Shown in pieces: positions 10,014 through 19,056 of a stretch of DNA of 64,000 bases. The notes under the pieces were generated by a model, which ran no database searches, was not told the origin of the DNA, and worked only from the letters and a program-made list of their open reading frames with translations. Origin of the DNA: an uncultured delta proteobacterium (GTDB lineage Bacteria; Myxococcota_A; Polyangia; Polyangiales; JAFGIB01); the NCBI GenBank assembly GCA_963778655.1, contig CAVZVA010000011.1, forward strand, positions 544,001 to 608,000. The letters run 5' to 3'. The position numbers and the translations under genes are program-made. Numbering within the stretch: the stretch's first letter is position 1; every line of letters starts with the position of its first letter.

Positions 10014-11045
10014 ATGCCCGGTCCAGCACAGACGCCCACGATGTTCGTGAAGGCGGGCGGGCAAAACCCGCTCATGCTGCCGGAATGTCAGAAGGCGCTT
10101 GCCGCCTGTGGCTACAGCCCCGACGACTTCGGCAGCTACAACGACGTGCTGGACCGCTGCGGGCAGGCGCGCAAGAAGACCGGCGGCGCGGCCACCACGC
10201 CCGGCGACGCGCCGCCCCAGGATCCCGAACACAACCCGACCGCGCACGAGGCCTGGCTCGCGACCTGTGAGTCGGGTCACATGGCCGAGAACACCCGTCA
10301 GCAGCAACGCCGCGGGCGCAACCAGACCAGCTACTGCCCGCTCTACGAGTGGCAACATGCCCCGTGCATGCCGCACTCGGGCAAGGCGGGGTGGCGCGAC
10401 ACTCAACACGGCGCGGTGACCGCGACCGACGTTGCGACCTCGAACGCCCAAGGCCAGGGCAATCGCATGGGGGCCGAAGAAGAACGGGCGGCGACGCGGC
10501 GCGCGACGGAAGCGGCGCTCGACTGGGGCATGAACGATCAGCCTGCCGCCGAGCAGCTACGAGCGAAGCGTTTCGCGGCCATCGCAGAGCTGAACGCCGA
10601 GGACAAGGACATCGCCGCGGCCAAGGCGCAGGGCGATGCCAAGTTGAAGCAAGCCATTCAGAAGAAGCACCAGGAGCAGGAGAAGACGGCCGCGGCCTGC
10701 GTCGAGGGGTTCTTCGAGTACCAGTGGCGCAAGATGGCCAACAACACGAAGGACAAGAAGAAGAAGGCCGCCGACAGCGCCGCCGCTAAGAAGCAGGCAG
10801 CTGAGCAGTCCCTGGCGCGAGCGCGCGCCTCTGGCAACCCCGAAGAGGTGCGCAGAGCCGAGGCCGAGTTGCGTAAGGCGAGCGATGAGCACGCGGCCGC
10901 CAACGCCGATTGGAACCGCGTGAAGGACCTCGACCCCAATGACACCGATGCGTGCCTGGGGCAGAGCCGCGGAGCGCGCGCGAGGAGTCCCTCGAGCAGG
11001 AACGCGCCGCCGGCGTCGCCACCGCCCAGCGACGAATCTGTGTGA
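10014..11045 (+). CDS. Putative GHH2-like (HNH/EndoVII fold) nuclease toxin with C-terminal coiled coil
   Basis: GSY, SGHMAEN, C..Y....APC and QHG motif series resembles Tox-GHH2; upstream of a DUF3396 gene. Confidence 0.55.
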   Translation: MPGPAQTPTMFVKAGGQNPLMLPECQKALAACGYSPDDFGSYNDVLDRCGQARKKTGGAATTPGDAPPQDPEHNPTAHEAWLATCESGHMAENTRQQQRRGRNQTSYCPLYEWQHAPCMPHSGKAGWRDTQHGAVTATDVATSNAQGQGNRMGAEEERAATRRATEAALDWGMNDQPAAEQLRAKRFAAIAELNAEDKDIAAAKAQGDAKLKQAIQKKHQEQEKTAAACVEGFFEYQWRKMANNTKDKKKKAADSAAAKKQAAEQSLARARASGNPEEVRRAEAELRKASDEHAAANADWNRVKDLDPNDTDACLGQSRGARARSPSSRNAPPASPPPSDESV

Positions 11046-11063
11046 TCCACAACGGAGCGTGCA

Positions 11064-11969
11064 ATGACCGATACGTCGAACTACATCCATCGCTTCGACC
11101 ACGCGAGCGGCATGAGCCTGGCAAAGGGCGTGGTCGTGGGCTACCGCTACGAATCGGAAGCCGGCTACCGGGGCGGCGAGGTCGAGTCGTGGCTGCTGCG
11201 CCTGCGCGACCTCGGTCTCATCTTGCGCTGGAACACGCCGGTGAGCGGCGTCTGGTACTCGCCGTCAGGACGGATCTATGTGGCGCTGAACAATGGGGAC
11301 GTGGCCACAATCGAATCGGAGGAAAGCACGAAGGAAAGCCGGCTCGACTCGCTCGGCGTGGCGATGCCGGGTCTATTCGGCCTCGACGACCAACACGTGT
11401 ACGCCTACGGCGGCAGCCCGGAGCAGGGCAAGGTGTTCGCGTTCGATGGCTCGACTTGGTCGCAGCTGCCCGACCCGCCGGATTGGCCGCTTCACCTTCA
11501 CGGTTGCGCTCCTGACTGCCTCTACGCAGCTGCGCGTGACGGGGTGCTCGGGTGGAACGGCACGGACTGGCGTAAGGTGCTCGGTGCTCCCCAGGTCTTT
11601 GCCGGCATCTGGGTCGAGTCGCCAGACGAAGTCTATGCGTGCGGCCGTGGTGGGCTCTTGTTCGACGGCTCCGCTGATGGCTGGGTCGAGAGGGCGCGGT
11701 GGGATGGTCCTCTCGTCGGGGTAGCGCGCTTCCAGGATGCATTGTGGCTGGGCGGCGAGGAAAAGGGGTTGTTGCGCCTGCCGGGCAAGGACCAAGCCAT
11801 CGAGTGCGTCAAGCCCAAGGTCCCGGCGCGCTACCTCGACGCGCGAGAGCAGCTATTGATGGCCACCGACGAGATCGTGGTTGCAACTGCTGACGGCCAG
11901 CAGTTTACAGGCCGCGGTCGGGGCCACCTTCAGCAGTGGCTGAAGGACTATCCCTTCATGTCAGCCTAG
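11064..11969 (+). CDS. Beta-propeller repeat protein (candidate immunity/accessory)
   Basis: Repeated blades such as FDGSTWSQ, WNGTDW, IWVESPDEVYACG; GGAG RBS. Confidence 0.7.
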   Translation: MTDTSNYIHRFDHASGMSLAKGVVVGYRYESEAGYRGGEVESWLLRLRDLGLILRWNTPVSGVWYSPSGRIYVALNNGDVATIESEESTKESRLDSLGVAMPGLFGLDDQHVYAYGGSPEQGKVFAFDGSTWSQLPDPPDWPLHLHGCAPDCLYAAARDGVLGWNGTDWRKVLGAPQVFAGIWVESPDEVYACGRGGLLFDGSADGWVERARWDGPLVGVARFQDALWLGGEEKGLLRLPGKDQAIECVKPKVPARYLDAREQLLMATDEIVVATADGQQFTGRGRGHLQQWLKDYPFMSA

Positions 11970-11991
11970 TCCGGGCCGGACGCAACCCGCC

Positions 11992-12930
11992 ATGTCGACT
12001 CCCGACCCCAACACCCCCGTCCCGACCGAGTACGTGCTCGAAGACGATCCGAGCGTGCACGTCGCCAACATCGAGCTCGGGGTGACGTTCTACCTTGCAG
12101 ACCCCGTGCACTGGGCGCAGCGGGCAGCCGCGCAGGCGCTGCAGCGCTTCGTGCAGCTCGCCCCGCAGGATTTCCTGCTCTGGTACACGACGTCGCGACT
12201 CGATCACTACAAGCGCGTCACCAAGGCAACGCTGAACGAGGTAATCGATGCCTTCAGCGTACACTGGCTCGGCAAGATCCGGCACGGCTTCGAATTCGTG
12301 CTCGCGGATGACACCGGCAGCGAGTGCACGGCCTTTCGCTACGTCGAGGTCGATCCCGGACGCGTCGAGCGCGCGTCGCTCCTGGAGCTTACGATTCCGG
12401 CGCACTTCGACCCGGCACTGCTGTTGCGGATGGCCGATGCGGTGTTCGAGCTCGGCCCGGTCTGGTGCGGCATCGGCGGCTACGCGCTGCGCTACAACCC
12501 CGAGCACAAGGGTAGCGCGTTCACGGCGGCTCACGGCTGGGCCAAGCGCTACCTCGGCCTCGACATCCAGGACCGCGATCGCATGCCGTGGCTGGTGCGG
12601 GACAAGCTGCCTGGTGTGAGCTGGCTCAACTATCTGGGAGCGCCGTGGCTGCAGGCAAGCGGCCTCGACCTCGTTGCGCTCGAACAGCGGGCCTTCGTGG
12701 AAGCCATCGCCGTTGCACACACACCTTCCGGCGTGCGCATCATGGCTGGCGAGCGTCCGACCATCGCGGACCTCAATCATTTCGAGCAATCGCATGTCTA
12801 TGAGGAGCTGGCTCGCGCGCTCGCGGCCCATCTCGTCCCGGATCCGCCTGCCCTCTACGGCGAGTTCCTGCGCGAGCGGGACGCGGTCGCATGGTTTCGG
12901 CGCCACGTGGACCCGCAGGGTTGGTCGTAG
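11992..12930 (+). CDS. DUF3396 / TsiV-like type VI immunity family protein
   Basis: GGYAL, RYLGLDI, GVSWLNYLG, GERPTIADLN...YEELARAL and WFRR end typical of DUF3396. Confidence 0.8.
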   Translation: MSTPDPNTPVPTEYVLEDDPSVHVANIELGVTFYLADPVHWAQRAAAQALQRFVQLAPQDFLLWYTTSRLDHYKRVTKATLNEVIDAFSVHWLGKIRHGFEFVLADDTGSECTAFRYVEVDPGRVERASLLELTIPAHFDPALLLRMADAVFELGPVWCGIGGYALRYNPEHKGSAFTAAHGWAKRYLGLDIQDRDRMPWLVRDKLPGVSWLNYLGAPWLQASGLDLVALEQRAFVEAIAVAHTPSGVRIMAGERPTIADLNHFEQSHVYEELARALAAHLVPDPPALYGEFLRERDAVAWFRRHVDPQGWS

Positions 12931-13069
12931 CGCGCGCAATCGGGGGCCGGCCACCGCACCCCATCGAGCAAACGAAGCCGAGCGACAAGGTAGCCGGCCT
13001 GCGCCTGCGCTGATCCTCGGCTCTCGACGATCAGCGCCTCATGGTGGCACATCGCGGCCGGCCGAGCCG

Positions 13070-13310
13070 CGGGCACGTGAGCCACCGTGCGCATCGCGTC
13101 GAGCGCAACGCTGAACACCGTTCCCCGCACGCGAAGCGTCAGATGGGGCGTATGGACGATGAAGCTGGCGCCTGCCGCTAAGGGCAGGACGTCGCACAGC
13201 CCCTCGCCCGCGACCAAGCGCAGGGGCGCCGAGCTGGCGTGTCCACCGTCACGTCCACACGGGCATCTACCGTCAAGGTCACGACGTCTCCCGATGCGAG
13301 AACCCGGTGG
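13070..13310 (-). pseudogene. Frameshifted FecR-domain relic
   Basis: LASGDVVTLTVDARVDV in one frame, then LRLVAGEGLCDV...FIVHTPHLTLRVRGTVFSV in another; no start or C-terminal domain. Confidence 0.6.
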
Positions 13311-13461
13311 GTCAGCGGCGCCGTCGCGACGTCCGGGACGGCATTCTGCACCGCCGGCTTTCGTGGGGCTTTCGGTCGGTCCACCGAGGGATGAGCCAGT
13401 TGAAGCAGGGCGAGCCCTATGCGCCGCGGCGGGGATCGGCCGCGCGGCAGCGGGCGGCGCC

Positions 13462-15903
13462 CTACTCCTGCTCCTTGATGATGAACTGCACGCGCCGGTT
13501 GCGCGCGCGATTGCGGTCGGTGAGATTCGGCACCAGCGGGCGGGTGTCGCCGTAACCCTTGGCGACCAGCCGCGAGGCGTCCACGCCGGCTTCGATCAGC
13601 CACTTGCGCACGGCTTCGGCACGCGACTGCGAGAGCTGCATGTTGACGTCGGGCGACCCGGTGCTGTCGGTGTGGCCCTGGATCTCGACCAGCTTGACCT
13701 GCGGGTTGCGCAGCAGCACGTCCGCGATCTCGCTCAGCAGCGCGTTGCTCTTCTCGCTGATCTGGGCGCTGTTGGTGTTGAAGAAGATCTGCTTGTGGAT
13801 GCGGACCTCCTGCTTGGTCAGCTCCACCTGCGATCGCTTGGGCTTGGGCAGCAAGGTGATCTCGGGCGTGGCGGTGCCGCCGGGCGCGACGTCGAAAGAG
13901 ACCAGGCGGATCAGATAGCCGTCGGCCTCGATGCGCGCGCCATAGCTGCCGGCCACCGCCGACACCACCACGAACTGCCCCTGGTCGTCGGTGACCAGGC
14001 TCTGGGTGGTGGGGCCGATCAGATCCACGTGCGCGCCGGCCACGTGCTTGCCGCCTTCGCCCAGCACCAGGCCGCGCACGCCGCCCGCGCGCGGCTTGGC
14101 CGTGAGCTCGCAGCGCAGCGGCACCAGCACTCCGCTCGCCGCAGCGGCGGTGCCGGCCGTGCCGGGGGCCTGCGTCGGATGCGCCGGCGGGCTTGCCGGC
14201 GCTGCGGGCTGCTGCCCGAGCGCGGCTGCGGGCGCTGCGGCAGCCCGGCCGGGCTGCGCCGGCGCGGCTGCCGGCGTCGTCGCGGGCGCTCCATGCGCGG
14301 GCACGGCCGCGGGCTTGGGGATCTCCACGCTGCAGGTGCGCGAGTCGTAGTCGGGATGGCTGACGTCGAGGCGCGCCTCGCCCGGCGGCAGCTCATAACT
14401 GACGAACAGCCCCTGCTCGTCGGCCTGCTGCGCGGTCAGCCCCAGCCCGGGGTAGGCGATGGTCGCGCCCGCAACCGGCGCGCCGGTGGCCGCGTCGACG
14501 ACCGCGCCTTGTACGCGCGGATTGGGCGGAAGCGGCTTGGGCACCTCGCGCACCACCTCGACCGTCTGCGGCTGGGACGCGGGCCGCTCGCGAGCGTCGA
14601 TCGCGTACGACAGCGCGAGCAACACGTCGTAGGGCTTGTTGCCGGCGAGCTCGCGCACGAAGACCGAGCTGCCGGAGAGCGCCAGATCCAACCCGAGCGC
14701 AAACGACAGGCCGCGCACCGGCGGAAACAGCCGCGCGCCCAGCGTGAGCGTGGACGGCATGGCCGCGAAGCCCTCGGTCTTCAGACACCCGTCGGGATCC
14801 GCGGGGCCGGCCCCGGTGCTGACCAGCAGGCAGCTGTAGCCCTGGCGGTTGACCGGGACCTGCAGTGTCCACTCCAGCAGGGGATGGATGAAGAAGTCGC
14901 GCGCGGCGCGCAGCGGCGCCTCCAGCCCGAGCGCGAAGCCGAGCGCGTCGGTGCGGTTGATGCCGAGCCCGAAGCGCTCGACCCGCCGGATGAGATTGCG
15001 GTCCTCGTCGGCGCGCGGGCGGCGGTCGGCGCCGAGCGCCGCGTAGCGCTGGTTCTCGACGTCCTCGATCAGGTTGGCGGAGTTGTCGAAGTAGTAATCC
15101 AGGCTGAAGCGCGCGATCAGCGGCACCGGCTCATCGAGCTGGCGCAGGTCCGCGCTGGTGTTGCCGCGGAAGCCGAAGCTCATCGCGCTCAGCACTGGCC
15201 CGATGTCGCCCACGGTGTTGAGCACCGCGAAGCGCAGATCGCCACCCAGGGTGAGCCACGGGGTCAGCGCGTGAAAGCCCTTGGCGCCGATCAGGGTGTC
15301 GCCCAGCACCTGCAGCAGCTGCGGCAGCTCCTGGTTGTTGTAGTTCGCGTGGTTGGCCACCGAGCCGTACAGCTCGAAGTAATCGGTCAGCGTCCAGCTC
15401 AGCGAGAGCGTGCCGCCCGAGTAGTCGTCGGTGTCGCCCGCCAGCAAGAAGTCGTGGCTGATGAAGAAGTCGACCCCGAGCTGCAGCCGCAGCGTGCCGG
15501 CGGGTCCCGAGCCGGCGTCGACCACGTGCAGGCCGCCGACCGGGCCGAACCAGGTGTTCTGCGCGCGCAGGAGCTGGGCGTCGCGCGACTCGGGCGGCGC
15601 TTCCGTATCGCCCTTGGGTGGGGCCTCGGGCGGCGCCTCGGCGCCGGGGACGGAGGGCTCGGCCGCGGGCGCGGAAGGCTGCGCGGCGGCCTGCCCGCTC
15701 GCTGCGGCCGCGGCCGGCTGAGCCGGCCCGGGTGCCGGCGCCGCTTCCGGCGCGGGGGTGCCGGCGCCGGAGGTGTTGAACCCGCCCTGGACCCCCGCGT
15801 TCACCTGGGCATGCGCCGGGAGCGCGGCCACGGCCAGACCCAGCCCGAGCAGAGCGAGGCCCAACCTGAAGAAACGGCGCTGCGGACGCGCGGGCTGAGC
15901 CAC
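13462..15903 (-). CDS. OmpA family protein (signal peptide, beta-rich N-domain, carboxypeptidase-regulatory-like domains, OmpA C-domain)
   Basis: Signal ending AHA-Q; IFFNTNSA, EIQGHTDS, LSQSRAEAV, KGYG and NRRVQF. Confidence 0.9.
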   Translation of the reverse strand: MAQPARPQRRFFRLGLALLGLGLAVAALPAHAQVNAGVQGGFNTSGAGTPAPEAAPAPGPAQPAAAAASGQAAAQPSAPAAEPSVPGAEAPPEAPPKGDTEAPPESRDAQLLRAQNTWFGPVGGLHVVDAGSGPAGTLRLQLGVDFFISHDFLLAGDTDDYSGGTLSLSWTLTDYFELYGSVANHANYNNQELPQLLQVLGDTLIGAKGFHALTPWLTLGGDLRFAVLNTVGDIGPVLSAMSFGFRGNTSADLRQLDEPVPLIARFSLDYYFDNSANLIEDVENQRYAALGADRRPRADEDRNLIRRVERFGLGINRTDALGFALGLEAPLRAARDFFIHPLLEWTLQVPVNRQGYSCLLVSTGAGPADPDGCLKTEGFAAMPSTLTLGARLFPPVRGLSFALGLDLALSGSSVFVRELAGNKPYDVLLALSYAIDARERPASQPQTVEVVREVPKPLPPNPRVQGAVVDAATGAPVAGATIAYPGLGLTAQQADEQGLFVSYELPPGEARLDVSHPDYDSRTCSVEIPKPAAVPAHGAPATTPAAAPAQPGRAAAAPAAALGQQPAAPASPPAHPTQAPGTAGTAAAASGVLVPLRCELTAKPRAGGVRGLVLGEGGKHVAGAHVDLIGPTTQSLVTDDQGQFVVVSAVAGSYGARIEADGYLIRLVSFDVAPGGTATPEITLLPKPKRSQVELTKQEVRIHKQIFFNTNSAQISEKSNALLSEIADVLLRNPQVKLVEIQGHTDSTGSPDVNMQLSQSRAEAVRKWLIEAGVDASRLVAKGYGDTRPLVPNLTDRNRARNRRVQFIIKEQE

Positions 15904-15909
15904 GCACCG

Positions 15910-15938
15910 GTTATAAGGGATTGCGTAACGCTTTGCAT
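15910..15938 (-). promoter_or_regulatory. Candidate sigma70 promoter giving a leaderless OmpA-family transcript
   Basis: Minus strand ATGCAA-17 nt-TATAAC-6 nt-GTG start, no Shine-Dalgarno. Confidence 0.45.
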
Positions 15939-16026
15939 GTTCGTGGGTGAGGGCTCGTGTTCGTACGCGCGCGCGCACGGCAGCAGGCCGTCCCTACCTA
16001 TAGACCGCACGGAAGGACCTCGACTC

Positions 16027-17427
16027 ATGCATCTGGAGTTCTACGGCGCCAGCGAGGGCGTGACCGGGTCGCTGCACCGCTTGCACGTGGGCGGCCACGA
16101 CGTGCTGCTCGACTGCGGGCTGTTCCAGGGCCATCGGGCCGAGGCCAACCGCCGCAACCGCGAGCTGCCGCCGTGGGCGACCCAGGCCCAGGCGTTGGTG
16201 CTGAGCCACGCCCATCTCGATCACAGCGGCAACATCCCCAGCCTGGTGAAGCGCGGCTTTCAGGGCTCGGTCTTCTGCACCCCCGCGACGCGCGACCTGT
16301 GCAGCGTGATGCTGCGCGATTCGGCCATGATCCAGGAGCAGGACGCGCGCTTCCTGAACAAACGCTATCAGCGCGAGCACGAGCCCACGCGGATCGAGCC
16401 GCTCTACGACGTGGAAGACGCCCAGCGCGCCGTCGGCCACATGATCTCGCTGCCGCTGCACCGCAGCCTCGACGTGGCTCCGGGCGTGCGCGTCACGCTG
16501 CACAACGCCGGGCACGTGCTCGGATCGGCGCTGGTACGGCTCGACCTCGAGGAGAACGGCAAGCGGGTGCGACTGCTGTTCACGGGCGACCTCGGCCGCG
16601 CCGAGCTGCCGCTGCTCGCGTCACCCGAGTCGATCTCGGACGTCGACTACCTGCTGATGGAGAGCACCTACGGCGACCGCTTGCACCCCGAGCTCGCCAG
16701 CAGCGACGAGCAGCTCGGCACGATCGTGCGCGAGACGATCGGACGCGGCGGCCGGGTGTTGATCCCCACCTTTGCCCTGGAGCGCGCGCAGGAAGTGCTG
16801 TTCGCGCTCGAGCGCCTGCACGAGCGCGGCGTGCTGCCGCGGGTGCCGGTGTACATCGACAGCCCGCTGGCGATCGCGATCACCGAGATCTACAAGCTCC
16901 ACCCCGAGAGCCTGAGCGCGGACGTGGCGCAGCGTATCCTCGAGCGCAACGACCCGTTCTCGCCGCCGGGCCTGCACTACGTCTCCGACGTCGCCAGCTC
17001 CAAGGCGCTGCAACGCAGCGGCGAGCCCTGCATCGTCATGGCGGGCTCGGGCATGTGCGAAGGCGGACGCATTCTGCACCATCTGACCACCGGCCTGGGC
17101 GAGGCACGCAACAGCGTGGTGATCGTCGGCTTCCAGGCGCAGCACACGCTGGGCCGGCGCCTGGTCGAGCGCCGCCCGCGGGTCAAGGTGTTCGGGATCG
17201 AACGCGACGTCGCCGCTCAGATCCACGTGATCAACGGCCTGAGCGCGCACGCCGACCAGCGCGGCCTGATCGGCTTCGCACGCCAGATCGCGGCGACCGG
17301 TGCGCTGCGCCGCATCGCGCTGGTGCACGGCGAGCAGGGACCGCGCCACACCCTCGCGCTCGAGCTCGCGCGCCAGGGCCTGCCGGAGGTGGTCGAGGCG
17401 AGCAAGGGCGCGCGCCTGCCGCTGTGA
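16027..17427 (+). CDS. MBL-fold beta-CASP ribonuclease
   Basis: LDCG, SHAHLDHSG, AGHVLGS, TGDLG, MESTYG, SGMCEGGR, SAHAD and LVHGE motifs; true ATG at 16027. Confidence 0.93.
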   Translation: MHLEFYGASEGVTGSLHRLHVGGHDVLLDCGLFQGHRAEANRRNRELPPWATQAQALVLSHAHLDHSGNIPSLVKRGFQGSVFCTPATRDLCSVMLRDSAMIQEQDARFLNKRYQREHEPTRIEPLYDVEDAQRAVGHMISLPLHRSLDVAPGVRVTLHNAGHVLGSALVRLDLEENGKRVRLLFTGDLGRAELPLLASPESISDVDYLLMESTYGDRLHPELASSDEQLGTIVRETIGRGGRVLIPTFALERAQEVLFALERLHERGVLPRVPVYIDSPLAIAITEIYKLHPESLSADVAQRILERNDPFSPPGLHYVSDVASSKALQRSGEPCIVMAGSGMCEGGRILHHLTTGLGEARNSVVIVGFQAQHTLGRRLVERRPRVKVFGIERDVAAQIHVINGLSAHADQRGLIGFARQIAATGALRRIALVHGEQGPRHTLALELARQGLPEVVEASKGARLPL

Positions 17428-17504
17428 TCGTTGCCCGTTCCGAATCGGGCGATTCACAGGAACACGGCAAGGACCGCTGGCTTCCGCGGTGGACGAGAGC
17501 CCGC

Positions 17505-18281
17505 CTACGGCCGCGGCGCCGGACGCACCCAGTGCGCCGGATCGAGCTCGGGCTGTGGCGGGTGCTCGGGCCGCGGCAGGCCGCCGGTTCGATAGCGGAA
17601 CAGCCCGCTCGAGGGGCGCGGTGTGGGGCGCCGCGGCGGCGCCGGCTGCCAGTGGGTAGCGCGCGCCGGACGGGTCAGCAGCCCGGTGGGAATCGGCGGC
17701 GGAACGAAGCTCGGCTCGCGCTGCAGCAGCTCCGGCTCCGGGCTGGGCTCGCTCGCGGGCTGGCTCTGCTCGATCACGGGCTCGAGCCCCTCGGCGGGCG
17801 CCCACGATTCTGGCCGCAGCGAGGCCGGCGCATCGCTGGTTCCGCTGACCAGCAACGAGGTCGCTTCTTCGTACGCCTCGCCACCCGCCTCGCCGGCCTC
17901 CGCCTCCGGCGGCGCGCCCTCGCCCTCGCCCTCGGCCGCCGGCTGGGGCTGCTGTGCGTAGGCCGCGGCACGCACCGCGACGATGTAGTCGTAGACCGGG
18001 CGCGAGCGCTCGTCGAACTGCAGCGTGTCGAGCAGCGTCTCGAAGCGCTGCTCGGCCGGCACGGTGCCACCCTGGTCGCTGACCTGGGCGCACAAGCCGG
18101 CGCCGGCGAAGGCCGGCGTGCCGTCGGCCAGGTAGACCACGAAGCGAACGCCGGCGCCCTGCGGATTGGCGAGCGGCAGCGGCAGCAGCAAGCGCTCGCC
18201 GTCGGCGCGGTTCATGTAGCCCTGGGCCAGCGAGGCGACGTCGGGATACGGCGTCATGACCGAAACGATGTCGTCACTCAT
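17505..18281 (-). CDS. Hypothetical protein; N-terminal PilZ-like myxobacterial domain and Pro/Glu-rich tail
   Basis: ATG overlaps xseB end; VRFVVYLADG...AGAGLC...QFDERSR pattern. Confidence 0.55.
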   Translation of the reverse strand: MSDDIVSVMTPYPDVASLAQGYMNRADGERLLLPLPLANPQGAGVRFVVYLADGTPAFAGAGLCAQVSDQGGTVPAEQRFETLLDTLQFDERSRPVYDYIVAVRAAAYAQQPQPAAEGEGEGAPPEAEAGEAGGEAYEEATSLLVSGTSDAPASLRPESWAPAEGLEPVIEQSQPASEPSPEPELLQREPSFVPPPIPTGLLTRPARATHWQPAPPRRPTPRPSSGLFRYRTGGLPRPEHPPQPELDPAHWVRPAPRP

Positions 18282-18564
18282 CGGCAGCCAGCTCCTTGTC
18301 CAGCGGGCGCGTGCGCACCCCGTCCTCGTCGGCGAGCAGCAGCTCGATGCGGCGCTCGGCCTCGTCCAGCCGCCGTGCGCCCGCGCGCGCCAGCGCCACG
18401 CCGCGCTCGAAAGTGGTGAGCGCCTCCTCGAGCGGCCGCTCGCCGTCCTCGAGCGCCTGCACCACCGACTCGAGCTTCTGCAGGATCTGCTCGAAGGACA
18501 GCTCGGCGTCGCCCTCGGCGGGCTCTGCGGCGGCTGGTTGTGTGCGCTTTTCGTCTTTGGCCAA
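18274..18564 (-). CDS. xseB: Exodeoxyribonuclease VII small subunit
   Basis: SFEQILQKLESVVQALEDGERPLEEALTTFERGVAL...LDEAERRI. Confidence 0.92.
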   Translation of the reverse strand: MAKDEKRTQPAAAEPAEGDAELSFEQILQKLESVVQALEDGERPLEEALTTFERGVALARAGARRLDEAERRIELLLADEDGVRTRPLDKELAADE

Positions 18565-18630
18565 AGGCAGCGCTCCGAAACCCAACGATGCCTGAGCCGC
18601 ACGCCGCAGGTCAACCCGCCGCGGCCGCGC

Positions 18631-19056
18631 TCAGCGCAGCCACAGCCCCTCGTAGCGGGTGAGCCCGCCGTGGCCGCGGGCACGGTTGAGCGCGCGCTTG
18701 GCCAGTGCGTAGACGCGGAAGAAAGCCTCCAGCTGGAGCCGGTCGAGCGCGCGCAGCGGCCGCTGCACGCACACCCACTTGGGATCCTGGGCGCCAGCGT
18801 CGACGAAGCGCACCAGCCCCGCCACCGCGAGCCTGCGCCGCGCATGCCGTGGCAAGCGCGGGCCTAGCACCACGGCATCGATGCGCTCGCCGTCGCCCGA
18901 GCGCGTGCCCGGAACGCTGCCGTAGTTGAACGGGCATGGCAGCGGCGAGACGAAGTCGATGCGCCCGTCGTCGCGGCGCTTGACGCAGGAGAAGCGCGGC
19001 GAGTCGATGATCACCTCGGTCTCGACGGGTGGCTCGGTCATCCTGCTCGCTCGCAT
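18631..19056 (-). CDS. Short family I soluble inorganic pyrophosphatase-like protein
   Basis: PFNYGSVPGTRSGDGERIDAVVL, FVD...DPK and FFRVY motifs. Confidence 0.75.
   Translation of the reverse strand: MRASRMTEPPVETEVIIDSPRFSCVKRRDDGRIDFVSPLPCPFNYGSVPGTRSGDGERIDAVVLGPRLPRHARRRLAVAGLVRFVDAGAQDPKWVCVQRPLRALDRLQLEAFFRVYALAKRALNRARGHGGLTRYEGLWLR

Noticed and set aside
13087..17427. 1446-aa ORF in the track
   Set aside because: Only 16027-17427 is protein-like; the rest is the antisense shadow of the OmpA gene in GC-rich DNA
16027..17427. Beta-CASP nuclease as an anti-phage effector
   Set aside because: Matches the common housekeeping family, with host-like codons and no defence neighbours
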